Assembly: GCA_002633005.1 (NCBI GenBank)
Contig: NMRA01000469.1
Location: 62,001-126,000 of the forward strand
Direction: 5' to 3'
Source: Phoronis australis
Taxonomy: Eukaryota > Animalia > Phoronida
DNA length: 64,000 nucleotides
This document shows, one piece after another, positions 1 to 15,100 of this stretch. The position numbers and the translations under genes were made by a program. Each line of letters opens with the position of its first letter. Within the stretch, counting starts at the first letter, position 1. A model generated the notes under the pieces. The model worked only from the letters and a program-made list of their open reading frames with translations. It had not been told where the DNA came from and made no database searches.

Positions 1-1984
1 ACTAATGTCGGGCACAGCTTCGTACACAACTGCAGGGGCATTTTCTACGTAGCTCCGATTAACCTTACAAGAAAAATCGGAGCGTGAAAACGAGGCAACA
101 ACTGAAATTGCTAATAGTTTGTAACTTTAAGTTGGCAGAATCGAGTCATAGTTTTAAAGAAAGCTTTCGTATGACAGCTAAGGGGCACACAGACTTTCAC
201 GTGTTCCACCGGATATCACAAAGTTCAATGTCTAGGTTATTTTCTGTACTTGGGCACAACAGCCAGTTATGTATATGCTTTAAAGGACACCAACTATAAA
301 TATCAGGTATAAGCATACTTTTTACACGACTGGTTCCTAGCACTAAACTACGAACAAAATTTATACTTCTTGATGAATACAATAAGACGTGAGTATGTGA
401 CCATGGTTGAGACATTTTAAATGATTCAAGAGGCATTTCCCCTAATTTTCCGCATAAACACAAAACTATGAAAAATGTCGATTGATTCGGACTAACCAAT
501 CTGAAAATTATCTTGAAAGTTATTGATTTCAATTATGAAAAAGAAGTGAGTGAGTGAGCGATCACACCGACTGATTGGAAGTGGTCCAATTCACGTTTCC
601 ACGAGTTGATTTAGTCTTGTCAAAATGATGGTTATACGACACTTTTTAACATGTTACTTCTCTGAATGATCTGCTCAGGATAGAGATGTCTCTTACAGCA
701 TGGAAACGTGTGACACACCGTTATGCGCTTAAGTAACCTCAATTACAATTTGACGGTCAATCATCAGCGTTTCCACGAGAGGTTAATTTCATAACGCCAA
801 ACAAAAATGTCAGAATATTCATTGAATGAGCTAAAGGAATTGATGTAGGCATTTTTAAAATAAATATGCCTACCTCTCTGGTGTTGGTAGTCTTTATAAA
901 AATTTTTTTGAAAACCTAGAATTTTGTTTTGGCTTGGAGTTCAGAAACCGTATCCTTTCAAAGGATAACGTCAAGACATTAAAAATGAACCGCTTTAATG
1001 TCGGCACACGTCTTTCTGATGTCACATTTGACTTTATGCAATTTAAGAAAGCCTCCACTCGGAACTGTAAACATTTTTGAAAACAACAAAAAATTGAGGC
1101 ATAGTGTAGAGTGCATTTGGTTAACATGTTTTTCTCAGTAACACTCCACAAAAATATCAATTGCGACATATTTGTAATAGAGCACATACGGATAATGCCT
1201 AAAGACTCCATAGCCGAGCAACCATAAGTACTACTTACACTACGAACTATGGTTAGAGATAATGACGACAGTTTTCGAGAGTGCTTTGAAGTACGTTGTA
1301 ACGAGGTTTGACTGTTATTGATATCTACATCCTCCAGTTTTCCCTACTACTCTTGCTCGTTACTTTTCTTATAACTTACTGTCAATTCTTTTAATTTCTC
1401 ATCATTCATTTTAAAGGTGCATTTCGCCCCGTTTAGCTGGCTACAACACCATAACCGAACTGCTTTTACCCTCAGCAAACCAGTCGTACCATAGTAGGAT
1501 TCCATTCCCGTAACCAACTCAAGTCACAGGCTATGCGTACATGCGCCATTTGCGAATTCGCAATAGGGTTGGCTAATCGCAATAAAATCTGAATTGTTTT
1601 CTTGTACCTCTGGTAGTTTCCATGTTCTTGTTGATAAAGGAAGTAAAATCCTTGGTAAGAAATTAAGCGATTTTATGAAAGGTCCAATACGCTTTTCGTT
1701 TTAACCAGCTAAACAGCAAAACACAACTTTAACTGAATGCCTCTTGCTGATATTTCAACTTTTTCACTCGTCTCCAACAGAGTTGACTGTGGTTGGTGAG
1801 TAAAGCAAGGTGGCCTGCATAATCCAGATCACCTTATGTTGTTATGAATCTCTACTGCCAGACCAAAATGCAAAACTGGATCTACTCTGCGTTTTTTTTT
1901 AACATTGCAGCACTGTATTTTTTAGTTTTTTAGCAGAAATGGGACAGAACTCCTTTTTACCAGTGTCAGGTGACATCAAATGAA

Positions 1985-2186
1985 ATGGTGGAAAGATTCA
2001 AAACTGTACAAGTTTCCTATGGTTAGGAGATTCAAAATTGTACAAATTTCCTATGGTGGGGAGATTCAAAACTTGTACAAGTTTCCTATGGTGGGGATAT
2101 TCAAAACTGTACAAGTTTCCCATGGTGGGGAGATTCAAAACTACAAGTTTCCTATGGTGGGTAGATTCAAAACTACACAAGTTTCC
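1985..2186. repeat. minisatellite, ~6 copies of a ~32-35 bp unit
   Basis: Unit TGGTGGGGAGATTCAAAACTGTACAAGTTTCCTA; it accounts for ORFs 1980..2387 and 1998..2180. Confidence 0.9.
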
Positions 2187-3019
2187 TTAAAAAATAATTG
2201 CATGTGGTCCGATACACATTGTACCAGATGCGCAGGCGGCTCATGTGGGCCCATTGCACTGACCACAAGTTACTTTCCGAAATCTGTTCTTAAATCAATC
2301 AAGGTTACCAAAGAGGTGACTGTTGTTAGGCTGCCAAGACAATTTGTTCACAAAAAATACATTAGATATGTGTGTGTGGGTTTTTGAGTGGACATTTTTT
2401 CCTTAAAGTAGTGAGGCGATGGTTTCAAAATGAGTTGGCAGAGACAACAAAAATTCATCTTCTTCAGACCTCTCTGTCCTTGACTTTTGTTACTTCTTTC
2501 ATAACCCAGTTGAATGTGATTATAAGCACAAAGCAAGACTCTGAACAACTCTGTCACATTCCTGTTTCTACACTAAACCACTGGGAAAGACCACTTCCAA
2601 GATACCACATTTACTTCATTTGTAAATGTCCTCGTAATATTGGCAAGTTTTTCTTTTAGAATTTCCAAGAGTTTAATTGTTCTTACACAGTCAAAGGAGA
2701 TGAACTCCTTTCAAGATCCAACATAAAAATCTGCTCAATAAATCCCCTTCCTCTTTAAAAGCCCCCATGGTGATATAAACAACAAAACCAGGTTATACAA
2801 ATAGATTTCAATTATTTACGTACAAAAAATTAACAAACAAGTATGAGGCAGCTTCATTATCACAGCTTATTGGGATACTCGCATTATTGTTTTAAGTCAA
2901 GTAATTACCAGAGTCCTTATTAACCATATGTTACTAGCCGTTAGTACAATGGGGATCATCAAATGGAGCGGTGAGTTAGTAAGCCAGCATATTAGGAAGC
3001 TTTATCAGCAGAACAGAGA

Positions 3020-3195
3020 TTACTGCTGAGCACAGCTAATGTTGGCACCCATTTCTTCGGCGTATTTATTGGATACCATTTGCCGCAGTCGGTCAATCTC
3101 CTTCTGAAGGCCATGAACTTTTGCCAGTCTCATCTTGAGAGCTTGTGATGCAACTACGCCTTCTTCTTCTTCATCTTGTTCCGCCAAAGACAATG
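3020..3195 (-). CDS. CEP85: CEP85-like terminal coding exon
   Basis: Acceptor ttattatctag|CA; (A)LSLAEQDEEEE...MVSNKYAEEMGANISCAQQ-TAA; phase-1 join to the exon ending at 3945. Confidence 0.9.
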
Positions 3196-6100
3196 CTAGA
3201 TAATAAAGGCAAGAGTTCACTGACATAATGGACACTGACGGTGATAGTCACAGTTTGGTTGATGCGATTTCCAGCAAGAAGACATTTACCAGACAACCAG
3301 CTGTGACAAGCACTAAGCAGTCACATGCATTTTGTCATTTGTTTTACTTAATACAGACTTGTAATGTTTCCTTTTTGTTGATGCCCTCATGGAACAAAAT
3401 ATAACATGAACGGTCCACATACTACCATTATTAACTGTTCATTGTGCACGCTCTTGCTGATACATTTTCAGTTGAATACAAAAATGGATGCAACAGCTTT
3501 TAAAGTCACAACATGAATTTTGTATTCAATCAAAATTCAACAGAAAAATTCTTTGCTCTGGGAGACTTACACCCCATTTACATTCATTGGGGACTTTTTA
3601 AAACTTGATTTGAACTCAGCTTGTGGCTCAAATAATTTTAGGAATCGTGTGTAAATGCAGGCAGTTCACCTTAAATCATTTCAATCCGAACCGAAGTAGT
3701 TTTGTCTCAAACGATTCGGTCTATGTAGTGTACAGACCTAAAGTCAAAGTGACTAACGTAGATCAATTCTGAACTCTAATGTAAACAGGGTAGTATTTGA
3801 TATTCAAAGCAAGCAGTGATGGCACCTTGCAGTAATGAGACCAGTGTGGTAAGAAAAAAAGGATGGGTATATTCAGAGCAAAAGCGGGCATGGCAGTTTA
3901 GCTTTCCATTCATTACAATGTCACAGTACGTCTCGTATCCTTACCTCTGACCCCCAATAGTACACTCATGTTAGGTTCCTGGCCTTCTGCTTGCTGCATG
4001 CACACATTGACCAGGGCCTGCAGATCAGTGAAACACAATGTCAGGTCACGATGGAGTTTCTGCTCTAGCTGATGGTGTTCTGCCGACATCAATTTTTCAA
4101 ATTCTTTACACCTTTCCTTTAACTCGGCACTGTTCTCCATCAGAGCCTGATTTTGATCAACAACCTACAATGTAACACATTGACTGACTAACACTAGTTT
4201 AATGGTTTCTCAACCTACAATGTGACACACTGACTGACAAACACTAGTTTATTGGTTTCCCAACCCAAATGTAACACATTGACTGACGAACACTAGTTTA
4301 TTGGTTTCCCAACCTACAATGTGACACACTGACTGACAAACACTAGTTTATTGGTTTCCCAACCTACAATGTAACACATTGACTGACTAACACTAGTTTA
4401 TTGGTTTCCCAACCTACAATGTAACACATTGACTGACTAACACTAGTTTAATGGTTTCCCGACCAACTTTGCCTGTTGGTAAGTCCAGCTAGAGTGCTAT
4501 AGCCTGGTGACTTGGATACATTGTATATTAGTTTACTTACATAGCTAAATGAACTTTACGTTCCTAACCACCACCCAACCACTACTGTGCAGTTGACCAA
4601 ATGAGTGAACTAACTCAACGCAACATGAAACTCATACTTGTTACCAAAAACAAGTTTTGATTTAGGAAACTTATCTCTGTCACCTGAAATTTTGTGAGCT
4701 TGGTCTGGAGAAATGATGAATTATCAGTTCTTATGGAGCCCAGAGACTACTTCTACATTGAGTAAGAAACAAGATTACGAGGCAGTGTGGCCGTCATGGG
4801 TTGAGTCCATGGGGCACAATGTTAAACCTTTGAGTCAGGTCTCTAGCTCCTCAGCTCAGTTTCAACTACATATTAATAAAGCATAAAAATAGTTCCAGGT
4901 GATCAGTGCAATGGGTCCAAATGCGCACTTTGCGCACGTCATTTGTACCAGACTTTAGATCTGTGCTTTGAGTAAAAAAACTAGATTTGATTTACCGGTA
5001 AGCCACTTAGCAGTTGGTTTCATCTCAAAAATATTTGCAGACAGTCTGGTACCTGTGGCCTAAATCAAACCCTTTTTTGTCAATCAAAGAATGAGTTTAA
5101 TGTCACCTTAAGTAAGATGTTTTCGCTTAGACTTTCAGCCCTGAAAGTCCCAGATAACATTTTAATGAGAATACTTCCCGTCAGAATTTAAGAGATCAGA
5201 AAGTGCTTTATTACTAAATACATTTAGTTTTTAACATAGTTCATCACAGACTTAAAAAATTGTGCAAAAGTGTATAAGATGAAAAGTTGTCATTTTTCTA
5301 TACTCTCTAACCATCTTCAGGATCAAATGAGATGACAACTTAAAGATTTCAGAGTTACATGGCATTTAAGTAATTCTTGTCTGGATAGCCACTCATACAA
5401 AAATGGAACATTTTAAGTTCCCAAAATCTTTTGGAGAACATTGCTTAAAGCATAGTATTTGAAAGACAATTTCATAGGCTATGTTAAGTAGACCTAAGAT
5501 AATTGTGAGAAAAATGTGAAGTGTCATTAGGTAGGTCAGGTCACAACATTCCTATTTGGATAGGCATCATGGTGAAGCAACTACATCAGTAAGTTTCTAT
5601 TGATTAGCTAACCCAGTTAGTTAGTGTCAGTTGCTGTCAAGTCAGACCAGACCCAGAACACATGTCCCTATGGCCAAATTGTGAGATTGAAAAGCAGAAC
5701 TAGAAACAGTCTACAGCAATGACTATATATTAAATAAAATTTGAAAAAGCTAAATTCACCAATAATTAGGCCAAAGGGCAAGATAAGCAAAATTAAAAGA
5801 AAGCTAGACTAAATGAGGTTAGTAGCAGCCAGAAACAATCAATGGACTCCATTAAGTTCATACTGTACGGATCGTAAAAATTAGGAATATTAAAGTGAAC
5901 CGTTAAAAAGTTAGCCAAAGTCTTCCATAACAAATTATGGAGATTTCAAAAATAGCATGGTGTGAAACTTAAACATCCTGGATCATGAAAACACAAAATC
6001 CTTATTAACTAGATTACAGATCTATGCAATAATTCACCAGTTTTGCAGCCCTAATTGCAGTAATCAATCAACCCAGGGACACAATATAATACAGAATGAA

Positions 6101-9100
6101 GTCAAGCAACGTACTGTTTCATCTATCCAACAAACTGTGGGAGATAGCTGGATTACATAACAAATTTGCAAGGAATGATACAGCTGAAAGAGGGCAACCT
6201 ATCAATTATTAAATAAGTATTTTAATTAGTGTCTTGTCTCACAACCTGGGGGTGTTTACAAGAATAGTGTATACTGACAGTGGGGAGGGAATTTTCCACC
6301 CATTAACCTATGTAAGGGTGCTTTCCTCATTAGAATTTCCATCCAAAAGGTTTACTCGTAGGCTAAGAACTCTACTTAAGGGCCCATTTCTGAAACAGCA
6401 CTCTACAGAACAACACTATATTTTATTTTGGTAAGTTAGGCTAAAAATACAACAATCCCAGGGCTCGATTCTGTGACCTCAGATTTTGTTTGGCGATCAG
6501 GAAAAATCCCAGGATGCCACACCACATCTAAGCATGCACTCGACATAATACAAGATTGAAGAAGTAAACAGACAAGTCAAAATTGCTAGACAAAAACTTG
6601 GAAGGGACCAATTATGTTTGTCTGTAACAGGACGTGGGAAAGATATTGGGACCAGGGCCCGGCCTCCAATCTTTTACTCGAAATGGAACTCGAAATTAGG
6701 TTTGGCATTTTCTACTCTACTTTTGGGCGAACTCAAGATAAGTGTCTATTATTCTATGCTCGAGTACACAATAACTTACGTAGATAATTTATTGCCCTTA
6801 GTTCACAGTTTGTAAACCCAATATTAAAGCAATAAGTTCGAGTTTGAACTCGAAATTTCAAGTTTTTACTCGAGTTCGTAGCACGAATATAAGGATCTTC
6901 AAGGGCAAACTTGAACTAGAAACTCCTATGCATAAACTATAATGTATTCGAGCACAGTCTGATAACCAATTATCTTAAGTTCGCACAAAAGGAGCAGAGA
7001 AATTGCCAAAAATAGTTTCGAGTTCGTTTCGAGTACAAAGATTAGAGACCGGGCCCAGAAGGGGAACTAGCCATCAACAAGCACACGGGATGTTCCTAAT
7101 TTTCCGTTTGCGCAAAGACAAAAAAACAATAGGGCGTTCTGAGTTCAATGACTTGACCAGACATAGAGTGGCTATGAATGTGTGATACAATCTTGCTCCG
7201 TTGTTAACTGCCGAGCACAGTTTTGTCTGGTATGATAACATGCAGGCCAATTATCTAGAAGGCATCAAACGGTTACTAAAACCAAGCAGAGCTACTTTCG
7301 ACATCCGGTAACAGAACAACAAAAATGAATAAATGATGGTAACCGAGGTCATGTTTTCTCAGTTTGTCAATAACCACTGTATTGGCATTGCCACTGGGAC
7401 TTGTTCCATGAAAGATTTAGCTTCAGTTGGGAGTGGACTCCAACAAGCATTATTAACTCCAAGAAGTCGAAGTGCTCTCAAGCTGGTTTGTTCAGTAAAG
7501 AAAAGCCGCTGCTTTTGAAAGGAGTTTCACTGTGCGGCTTTTTAGGATCAATGTTCTAGACTTTACCCAAAAACGTATGCATAATTGAGGAACGAATCCC
7601 AGCCGCCAATTTCATTAAAGGCTGCACATTGGGTCGTAACTGGTCCTATGAGTAGGGTGGTCGAAGTCGGCCACTTTGTTCTGGATATGATTTTTTTCGT
7701 AGTGAACACCCAAGTGTGTGTGAAAATTTAATTTGTGAAATAAAACTCACATTAATAGATCATGAAACTCCCAGTATCCTAATTCCAAAAGTTTGCACGG
7801 ACTTCAACTACATTTTCATACTCCACGGGAGATTTGTTTTCAACCTTTAGTTCAAAATTGACGCCACGAAAATGGATGGCACCGGCAAGTGACCAAGTTT
7901 GCCGTCTTCACGCAAATAGGATAGGCCCAATCAAAGGGTGTGAAAGTTATTTTGCATGAAAATAAGGTTAAATTTCAGGAATCCAGATGAAAATTTTTTA
8001 AATTTTTTTTTGCTAAAAAGTCATATTTCTGTAAAATTTTAAATCAAAGTGGGACTTTCTGCTTCAAACAAAAAAAATAACATTCTTCATCCTGTTTTAT
8101 GGGCTCCAGCAATCCCTATCATAGTGTGAGCGTGAACCCCCTGCATTTTTATAGAAAAGTTAACTACGTATTCACAACACATGTTCACCTTTTAGAGAAA
8201 TCAGGCTAACTGCGGGTAAAAATGGTAGCATACAGGAACCACGTGACTTCAGCTTTGTAATCAATTTGACCTTGACGATAGTGTGCGTAACTAAATGAAA
8301 TGTACATGCCAGGCCTAATATCTTTATTAAAGTCGCATATAATGGCAAAAACAACCTATTGGATCAAACATATAAGAATTATGTATCTGTATCACGGATG
8401 TGAATATTATGAAAAGTATAGTGGTTGCACCTTACTACCGACCACATACCGGTAATTATGAACACAGTCAAACCCAATGCAATGGTATATGTCTTAGCTT
8501 CGGTTGTAGTTTGGCAATTTTGGTGATTCAAAAACTAAACACAATCATCATTTGACAAGGAATTAAGAACTGTTATTGGTTTCTGTTCAAACAGTTTATA
8601 AGTTATCTTTTATTTTTAACAGCACAGTCAAGTCAGGCTGGATAAGATTTTTTTTTATTAGAGCAATTATCGAACAAAAGAGAGCTGGCCGTCCAACCAT
8701 AAATGCCAGAATGGAGTTAATCAGTCGTGTAAGATATTGGCTATGCCGGTCATCCGCCAAACTTGTTTGTTTGCCATCTGATCGAACAAGTTGGGGTCAA
8801 CAGGGAAACTCTGTAAAGAATACAAACCGCACAAGCAGCGGACATTTTTCGAGTTCACTAGTATCTTGTTTGTCTCAATTTCAGCTCTTCTCAATGCGGT
8901 TTAGTAACCTGAGTTCCTATTGGTCCATCTAGTCGCATTTGAGAGTTAATGTTATGCTAAGCATCAATCTCCGAGTCCAGAGAACCTTCGAGGGATTTAA
9001 TTTTGTTTTCAGAACACAATGATTTTGGATGTAACAACTTAATTATGTTTTGAGAACAAAGATCTCTACAGAATGGAGACTTATTCTTTCAGTGTAGTGC

Positions 9101-12100
9101 ATCCAGGGCCCCACCAGAAAATGAGTTGTACAAAGGTAATCGAGTGCACAAACTGTCATCAGCAATGCTGGGAATATTTGTGACCAGTGGCAAAGACTTT
9201 GATGTAAATTACTTGACATGACCAACAATCAAGAGAGAGTGTCAGATATTTTTATAAGTCTGTATTTTGAACAACAGGAAGAACACGGCAATGTGCCTAA
9301 TGGGATATTAGTGTTTTTTCCCTTACTCAAGGTTGTGAGATTGAGTTCCACGGGGGCACACTACTAGACCTCTAAGTCAGGTCTCTAGCTCCTCAGCTTA
9401 GTTTTAACTATTATGTTAATAAAACATAAAAATGGTTCCAGGCGATAAGTGCATCGGGCCCACTTGAGAGCTTTGCAATTACTTTTTGTAACGTGATGAA
9501 GAAACATCTTCATTGCATTGAAAAGATGAATTTTCTCAAATTTCATGGAAGAAAATAATAACGGTACTAAAGACAATAAATGACACTTTGTGAAACTGGA
9601 ACGAATTGGAAACTCTGGCCATTGTAACATGCAGATAGTTTAACAACATTTAGAAAATCTGCAAGAAAGTGAAAATTATTGGGGTAGAGGGTTGGAGATT
9701 CAGAAACTGGTCGAGTTAGAACCATTAAAATTCATATCCACCAACTTAATACAAGCTTGTGGGAAGGTACAAATCACTGTTCCCTGTAGTCCTGACGTCA
9801 AAACAGTGCACATCTGATAAAGGAAACCAAAAGCAAATTAACTAATTGCAAATACTCCAGAGTGTTTATTCACACTACCAAACAACACTCAAGGAACAAC
9901 AAGACTTATTGACTTACTATCTATAACATTGAGAGAACATAAATTGACGTGGGATTGGACAGTTCTCAAGAGAATGGTCATCACCATATTAGGTGACGTA
10001 CAAATGTCACAAACGGGAAAATTGGCCAGTTTTTGATCATTTACTTGTAAATTATGTAGTTTTGATTTCAAGGTATTGACTGGTTCCCCCGGGAGACGTC
10101 GTCTACATAACAGGTGACGTGCAAAGCTAATAATGGGAAAACTAACCATTTTTTTATTCACAAATTTAAGGGAACGGCAATTGTTTCAAGTGCAACTTTT
10201 GGATAAATTACAATTTTCTTGTTAACCTAGATACATTTACAAGCTAATTAAATTCCCAAGGGTCCTAACTATACATACGTCAGTTTTGAAGTGACGCATG
10301 CAGCCTGACTCATACTTGCTTGTGCTCAGATTGATTAGGGACATCTGTGGATAGTTTACTATTTTGTAAAACTTGCAAAAACTTCCAGACATATCGAATA
10401 ACGCTCAGAGAAAGGCAAATAATGATCCAATGTGTTAGAAGCTGATGTACACAATAACGCATCCGATGTTAAACGCATGCTAAAGTGCATTTTACAAACA
10501 AAGATGACAGGGAATAATCTTGGGTCACAAACGTCCCTTCCGTTGTGACGCACAATTAAATTAGAACTCTGGGGCAATTCAATCAACTGATGAAGTTCAA
10601 GTGCAGGATAATCAAAAAATTGTGATTTAACCAAAGTGGCACCAACATTGGCTGCCTTCTGGATGGCAGAAGAAATTACTTGTCACAAAAATAGAAATAA
10701 ACAATCATCAAGTTGTTCCACCTATTCCTCACTACAAAGAAAACATAAGCTAAAGAAGCATTTGTCATAGAAATCGAGATACTCCTCAAGTTTCCCCCAC
10801 ACGTCACTACAAAGAGTACAAGATACGCCTCAAGTTGCCCCTACACCTCACTACAAAGTGTACATAGCCCAAAGATCCTTTTTGAGATATCAAACCAAAA
10901 ACATTTCTCCAAGTCAAAACTTGCGAGGAGTTGTACCACTTAAACTAAGACATACAAAGTATGATCAAGATCTGTAATGTCCTTCTTGAGATATCCTGCC
11001 AACAAAATTGTATGACGTACGAACAGTCATGAATACGCAAACACATGAAAGGGACTGTTGGAAATTTTATCAGTCACATTTAGTAAACACAGCAGAATAA
11101 TTCAAGAGAAACTGGGACAATGAAAAATGAGAAAAAATGATAAGTTTGCTTCAGATGGTTTTGCAGTTTCACCACTAACAGTACTAAAATCTTCATGTTT
11201 ACAGAATATTAATATTACTTGTGAAAGCTTGCAGAAATAAATCACAAAAACTCAATTTGAAATCAACCTATCTTAATTACCAATTCTATTAAAATACTTA
11301 CCATTTCACAACCACATTATTATTATTATTATTATTATTGTTATTATTATTATTAAGTCAAGAATAATGTTCTACTCATTAAGTGATGAACCAAGCTCAC
11401 TAACCATTACAGCATATCAAAGATCACATCATCTCCACACACACACCCACNGCCGACCTCACTTGACCCAGCTCATTCTCCTTGCTTTGTACTTCTTGTC
11501 GCAGCGCTAAGCTCATAGCCTCCTCATCAGCAAGCCTCTCTTGCATGCAAGCCATCTCACTCTGATGCCGGCCCTCAAGCTGCTGGATTTTCTTGTGCTG
11601 GGCATCTAACATCTAATGAAAACCAAACATATCATCAACATACTGTCTCATTACTAATGAAGAGCTGCATGTGGAATCGGTCACACTCACCTACCATCAA
11701 TCATCATTGTTTCAAAAAAGTTTTTTCAATGGCTTTGCATGCACCAGCCAACAATGATCAATCAATTTCTATAAATCAATCTTATCTTAAAGCAGAAATT
11801 CTCATTAAACTGCGCAAGGCACTGTTTCAATATAAGATGCTGAGAGAACAACCAAAAACATCACAAAAACTCAGTTATGATTAACACACAAGGTCCTGTA
11901 AGCATAAAATTCATGGTCCACCTGTTTCGCATTATGCACATCTTGAGCCAGCCTCGTCCCCTCCACCTTGAGGGCCTCATTCTCCTGCTCCACTACAGAC
12001 AGAGTTCGCTCCTTCAGTTTTTCTTTTAACCCATCCAGCTCTACTTCCATCCTCTCAAACCTCGCCACCAGGTCGCGCTCTTGTTCCTCCAGCTGACTAA

Positions 12101-15100
12101 TATGTTCATCCTTCTGCACTATCTGACTGTATACAGGAACAAGCGAAGAACACATGTGTAACCTGTCTGGTGTAAATTATCCCAAACATTGGGTTTTTAT
12201 AAACCTGTGCAGTCAAACGACCCTTATCCAAATGAACGTAATTGTCTGAAGAGCTTTTCTTAAAGAAATTGCTTCAAGACGCTAACATTACCATCCAGTA
12301 TGGGAAGAGCCCAGTTTTGAAAGAGTACAGCCAACCATGTCAAAAATGATGAGTTTTCACTCACTTGCTAACGCAAGAAATGATCTGCTGCCACATTATA
12401 AGGAAAGGTTTGAAACATATTTTGGGTGTTTCAGTAACTTGACTCACAGTTGTATTTTCAATTATGAAATACTAAAGAGAAAATTTCCCCATTGGATTTT
12501 TTGTCAAACATTGGAATTCAGAATTTAATTAAACAATGGAACAGAAATTCACAATTAGTCAAACGCTGACAATGTGTTGCAACCATGAATGTAAAGTCTC
12601 AAAGTTCATTGAACAAATAAAATGTAATACTGGGGAAACCCATCTCACCTTTGAGCTTCTTTCAGGACCTGTTCTAAATCAAGTAATGAAGTCTGACTCT
12701 GGGAGTAATCCGACTCCAATGTGGCTAAGTTGTACAATTAAGGAAGCTTCACTTACCACTGATATATGGTTTACTAGGGTCACCTTAGAGCGTCAAATGA
12801 CAGATTTCATATTAACACTACCAATACAATAAGGTTTCAGCAATATTAAACTTAGGAAAGCCTGTTGTTAATAAGACTGTACTTGCAGAAAAGGTTCTTT
12901 CCACATAAAATTAGGAGCTATATTACATTCTAGAGTTTCAATCATAACCTAGTGGGAGAGCTACAGTTATTTTCACCAGATGTAATCTGTGAATCAGAAT
13001 TGAGGGAATCTGAATATGGCATTTTCTGCACTAGTGAACCATGATTTGAAGCTCATTGTGAAAGTGAATTTGCACTTTGAGCCTATCAAGTGGCACTATG
13101 AAGCGTCACACATATTTGTGCTGTGTGTGAATAGTGATGCCACCCTCTTCACCAAATGCAGGGAAATAATAATAGCCTATCAAGCAGCACATATCATTGA
13201 AATTCAGCTGAGAGTGAGAACTGCTCGGGCTATTTCAAAAGTCGTTGTCGTACTTTATTCAGGAGAAGTAACTTTAACTTTTGTCAAAACAACCACTACA
13301 GAGTACTTCAGAAAATCTTAATCATAAAAAGTATTTATATTCCAAAGAACATTGTTATTCACAGCAGACATCTATTTCACCAACTGATTGCAACGACGAA
13401 AGAGATTTGACTCCCAAGGGAAATAAAGCGGAGAAAAAATATCCCAATAAAACCAACTATGCTCAATGATTCACGCAAAAGACAAAGTAGATTTTCAACA
13501 CATTTTGAGCTCTGCAAGCTTTGTGTCACGTACAGTTGATTGGGAAGTCAATAAAAAAAGAAAATTGAGCAAACTTCAAGAATTATCGACTGTCTCACTT
13601 CCACCATTGACATTACATGATTGGGAGCAAATCAGAGACAAATTAACTTCATACCATAATTCCTCCATGCTGAAACCTTGTTGTCAAGACGACGCACAGT
13701 AAACAACACACACAGTAAGCTATGGTGATATGATAACACATCAGCCAATTGTTGAAACAACAATTGTTTGGTCATATTGAGGGCATCATATTTGTAACAT
13801 AAACAAAAATAAATAAAATTCACATGAAAATAGTTTTGTGCAAAACGTGTTTTAAAAACAAAGCATTTTATGCCCAATTCCAATACCATCAAGAGCAACA
13901 CAGAACATTGATATGTGCCCACCGTGTACACAGCAAAGGGTGAACATTTCCATGCACACAAGTGAAAAACAATGAGTCAACTTAAAATCAGGGCTTGGAA
14001 TAACCAGTGACAAAAGAGGAAAATTTTCCAGGTGACGAATCATTTTACACACAAACAGGCTTATGTGATAGAGCTGTTTTCTGTGTTGTAAAATTTAACT
14101 GCAACATATGTTTTTTGCATGACTAAATTTTTTTGCATGAATAAATTTTTTTGCATGAATAATTTTTTTTGCATGAATAAAGCCAAAATGATAGAATGTG
14201 TAATGCTAGTCATCAGAAAATTGTCAAATAGTGGAGCACTTGATTTCAGATCTAGGACTTGTTTAGTTGAAAAAAATCAACCACTGTACTTCAGTCACTA
14301 CAGAAACAAAATATTCTGAATGAAGAGCAAAACACATGTATTATGTAATATGTAATTAAGAATTGATTACACAGCTTAGACACCTTGTCTGGAACATGAT
14401 ACAGCTGAGTTGAGTTCAAATTCAAAGATTCATGATATGAAGAAGAAATCACACGGGCACAATATTACAGGATTTGTGACAAACTTTTCGAAACTCTCAC
14501 ATAGAAGATTTATAGAGGAATCATAAGAGTTGTACTTTGATAGGAAAAATTTTAATTAATTTAAGAGCAAAATGTCATAGCAATGCTTTCAAGTCAGTAC
14601 AATATACAAGAAGAAAACAAAACACATTTATCACTCTTTGATTGTAAATGGTCTAAATGTTGTCTTATCAAGTTAGTTTTTAATTAGTTTATTTGAGAAA
14701 ACTTGGCCTACACGACACTTGTTACAATCCTACCACATTACTTTACAGCAGACAGTAAGGTTGGAATGGATTCCAAAAGATTACAAAATAGGTCAATTGT
14801 GTGACACTTCTTAGCAAAAGTTAATTTTCATGATAACCAGCAGACAGCCAGATAAAATGGACACTAGAGGGTGCTGAAGAAGTTGGATCAACCGAAAATC
14901 AATTGGTGCTGGCTACCACGTGATTCTATGTCAAGCATCATTGAAACCCATCAATTGGCTGTCTAGATATCACCCTGGAATGCTATTTCCCCAAAAATCT
15001 GAAAAGCCCTTTGTTGAAACCAAAACGGTCACTAGAGAATCCAGCTCCAGTCAAAACCATCTGAAAATTGTGCCAGCGGATTGACATCACACAAGTTCCA

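Noticed and set aside
1-1400. Short ORFs at the window start
   Set aside because: No recognisable domains or coherent exon structure; probably decayed repeat or intergenic DNA.
4161-4460. CRISPR-like appearance of regular repeats (also 1985-2186 and 34964-35129)
   Set aside because: The units are contiguous with no unique spacers, there are no cas genes, and the context is eukaryotic; these are minisatellites.
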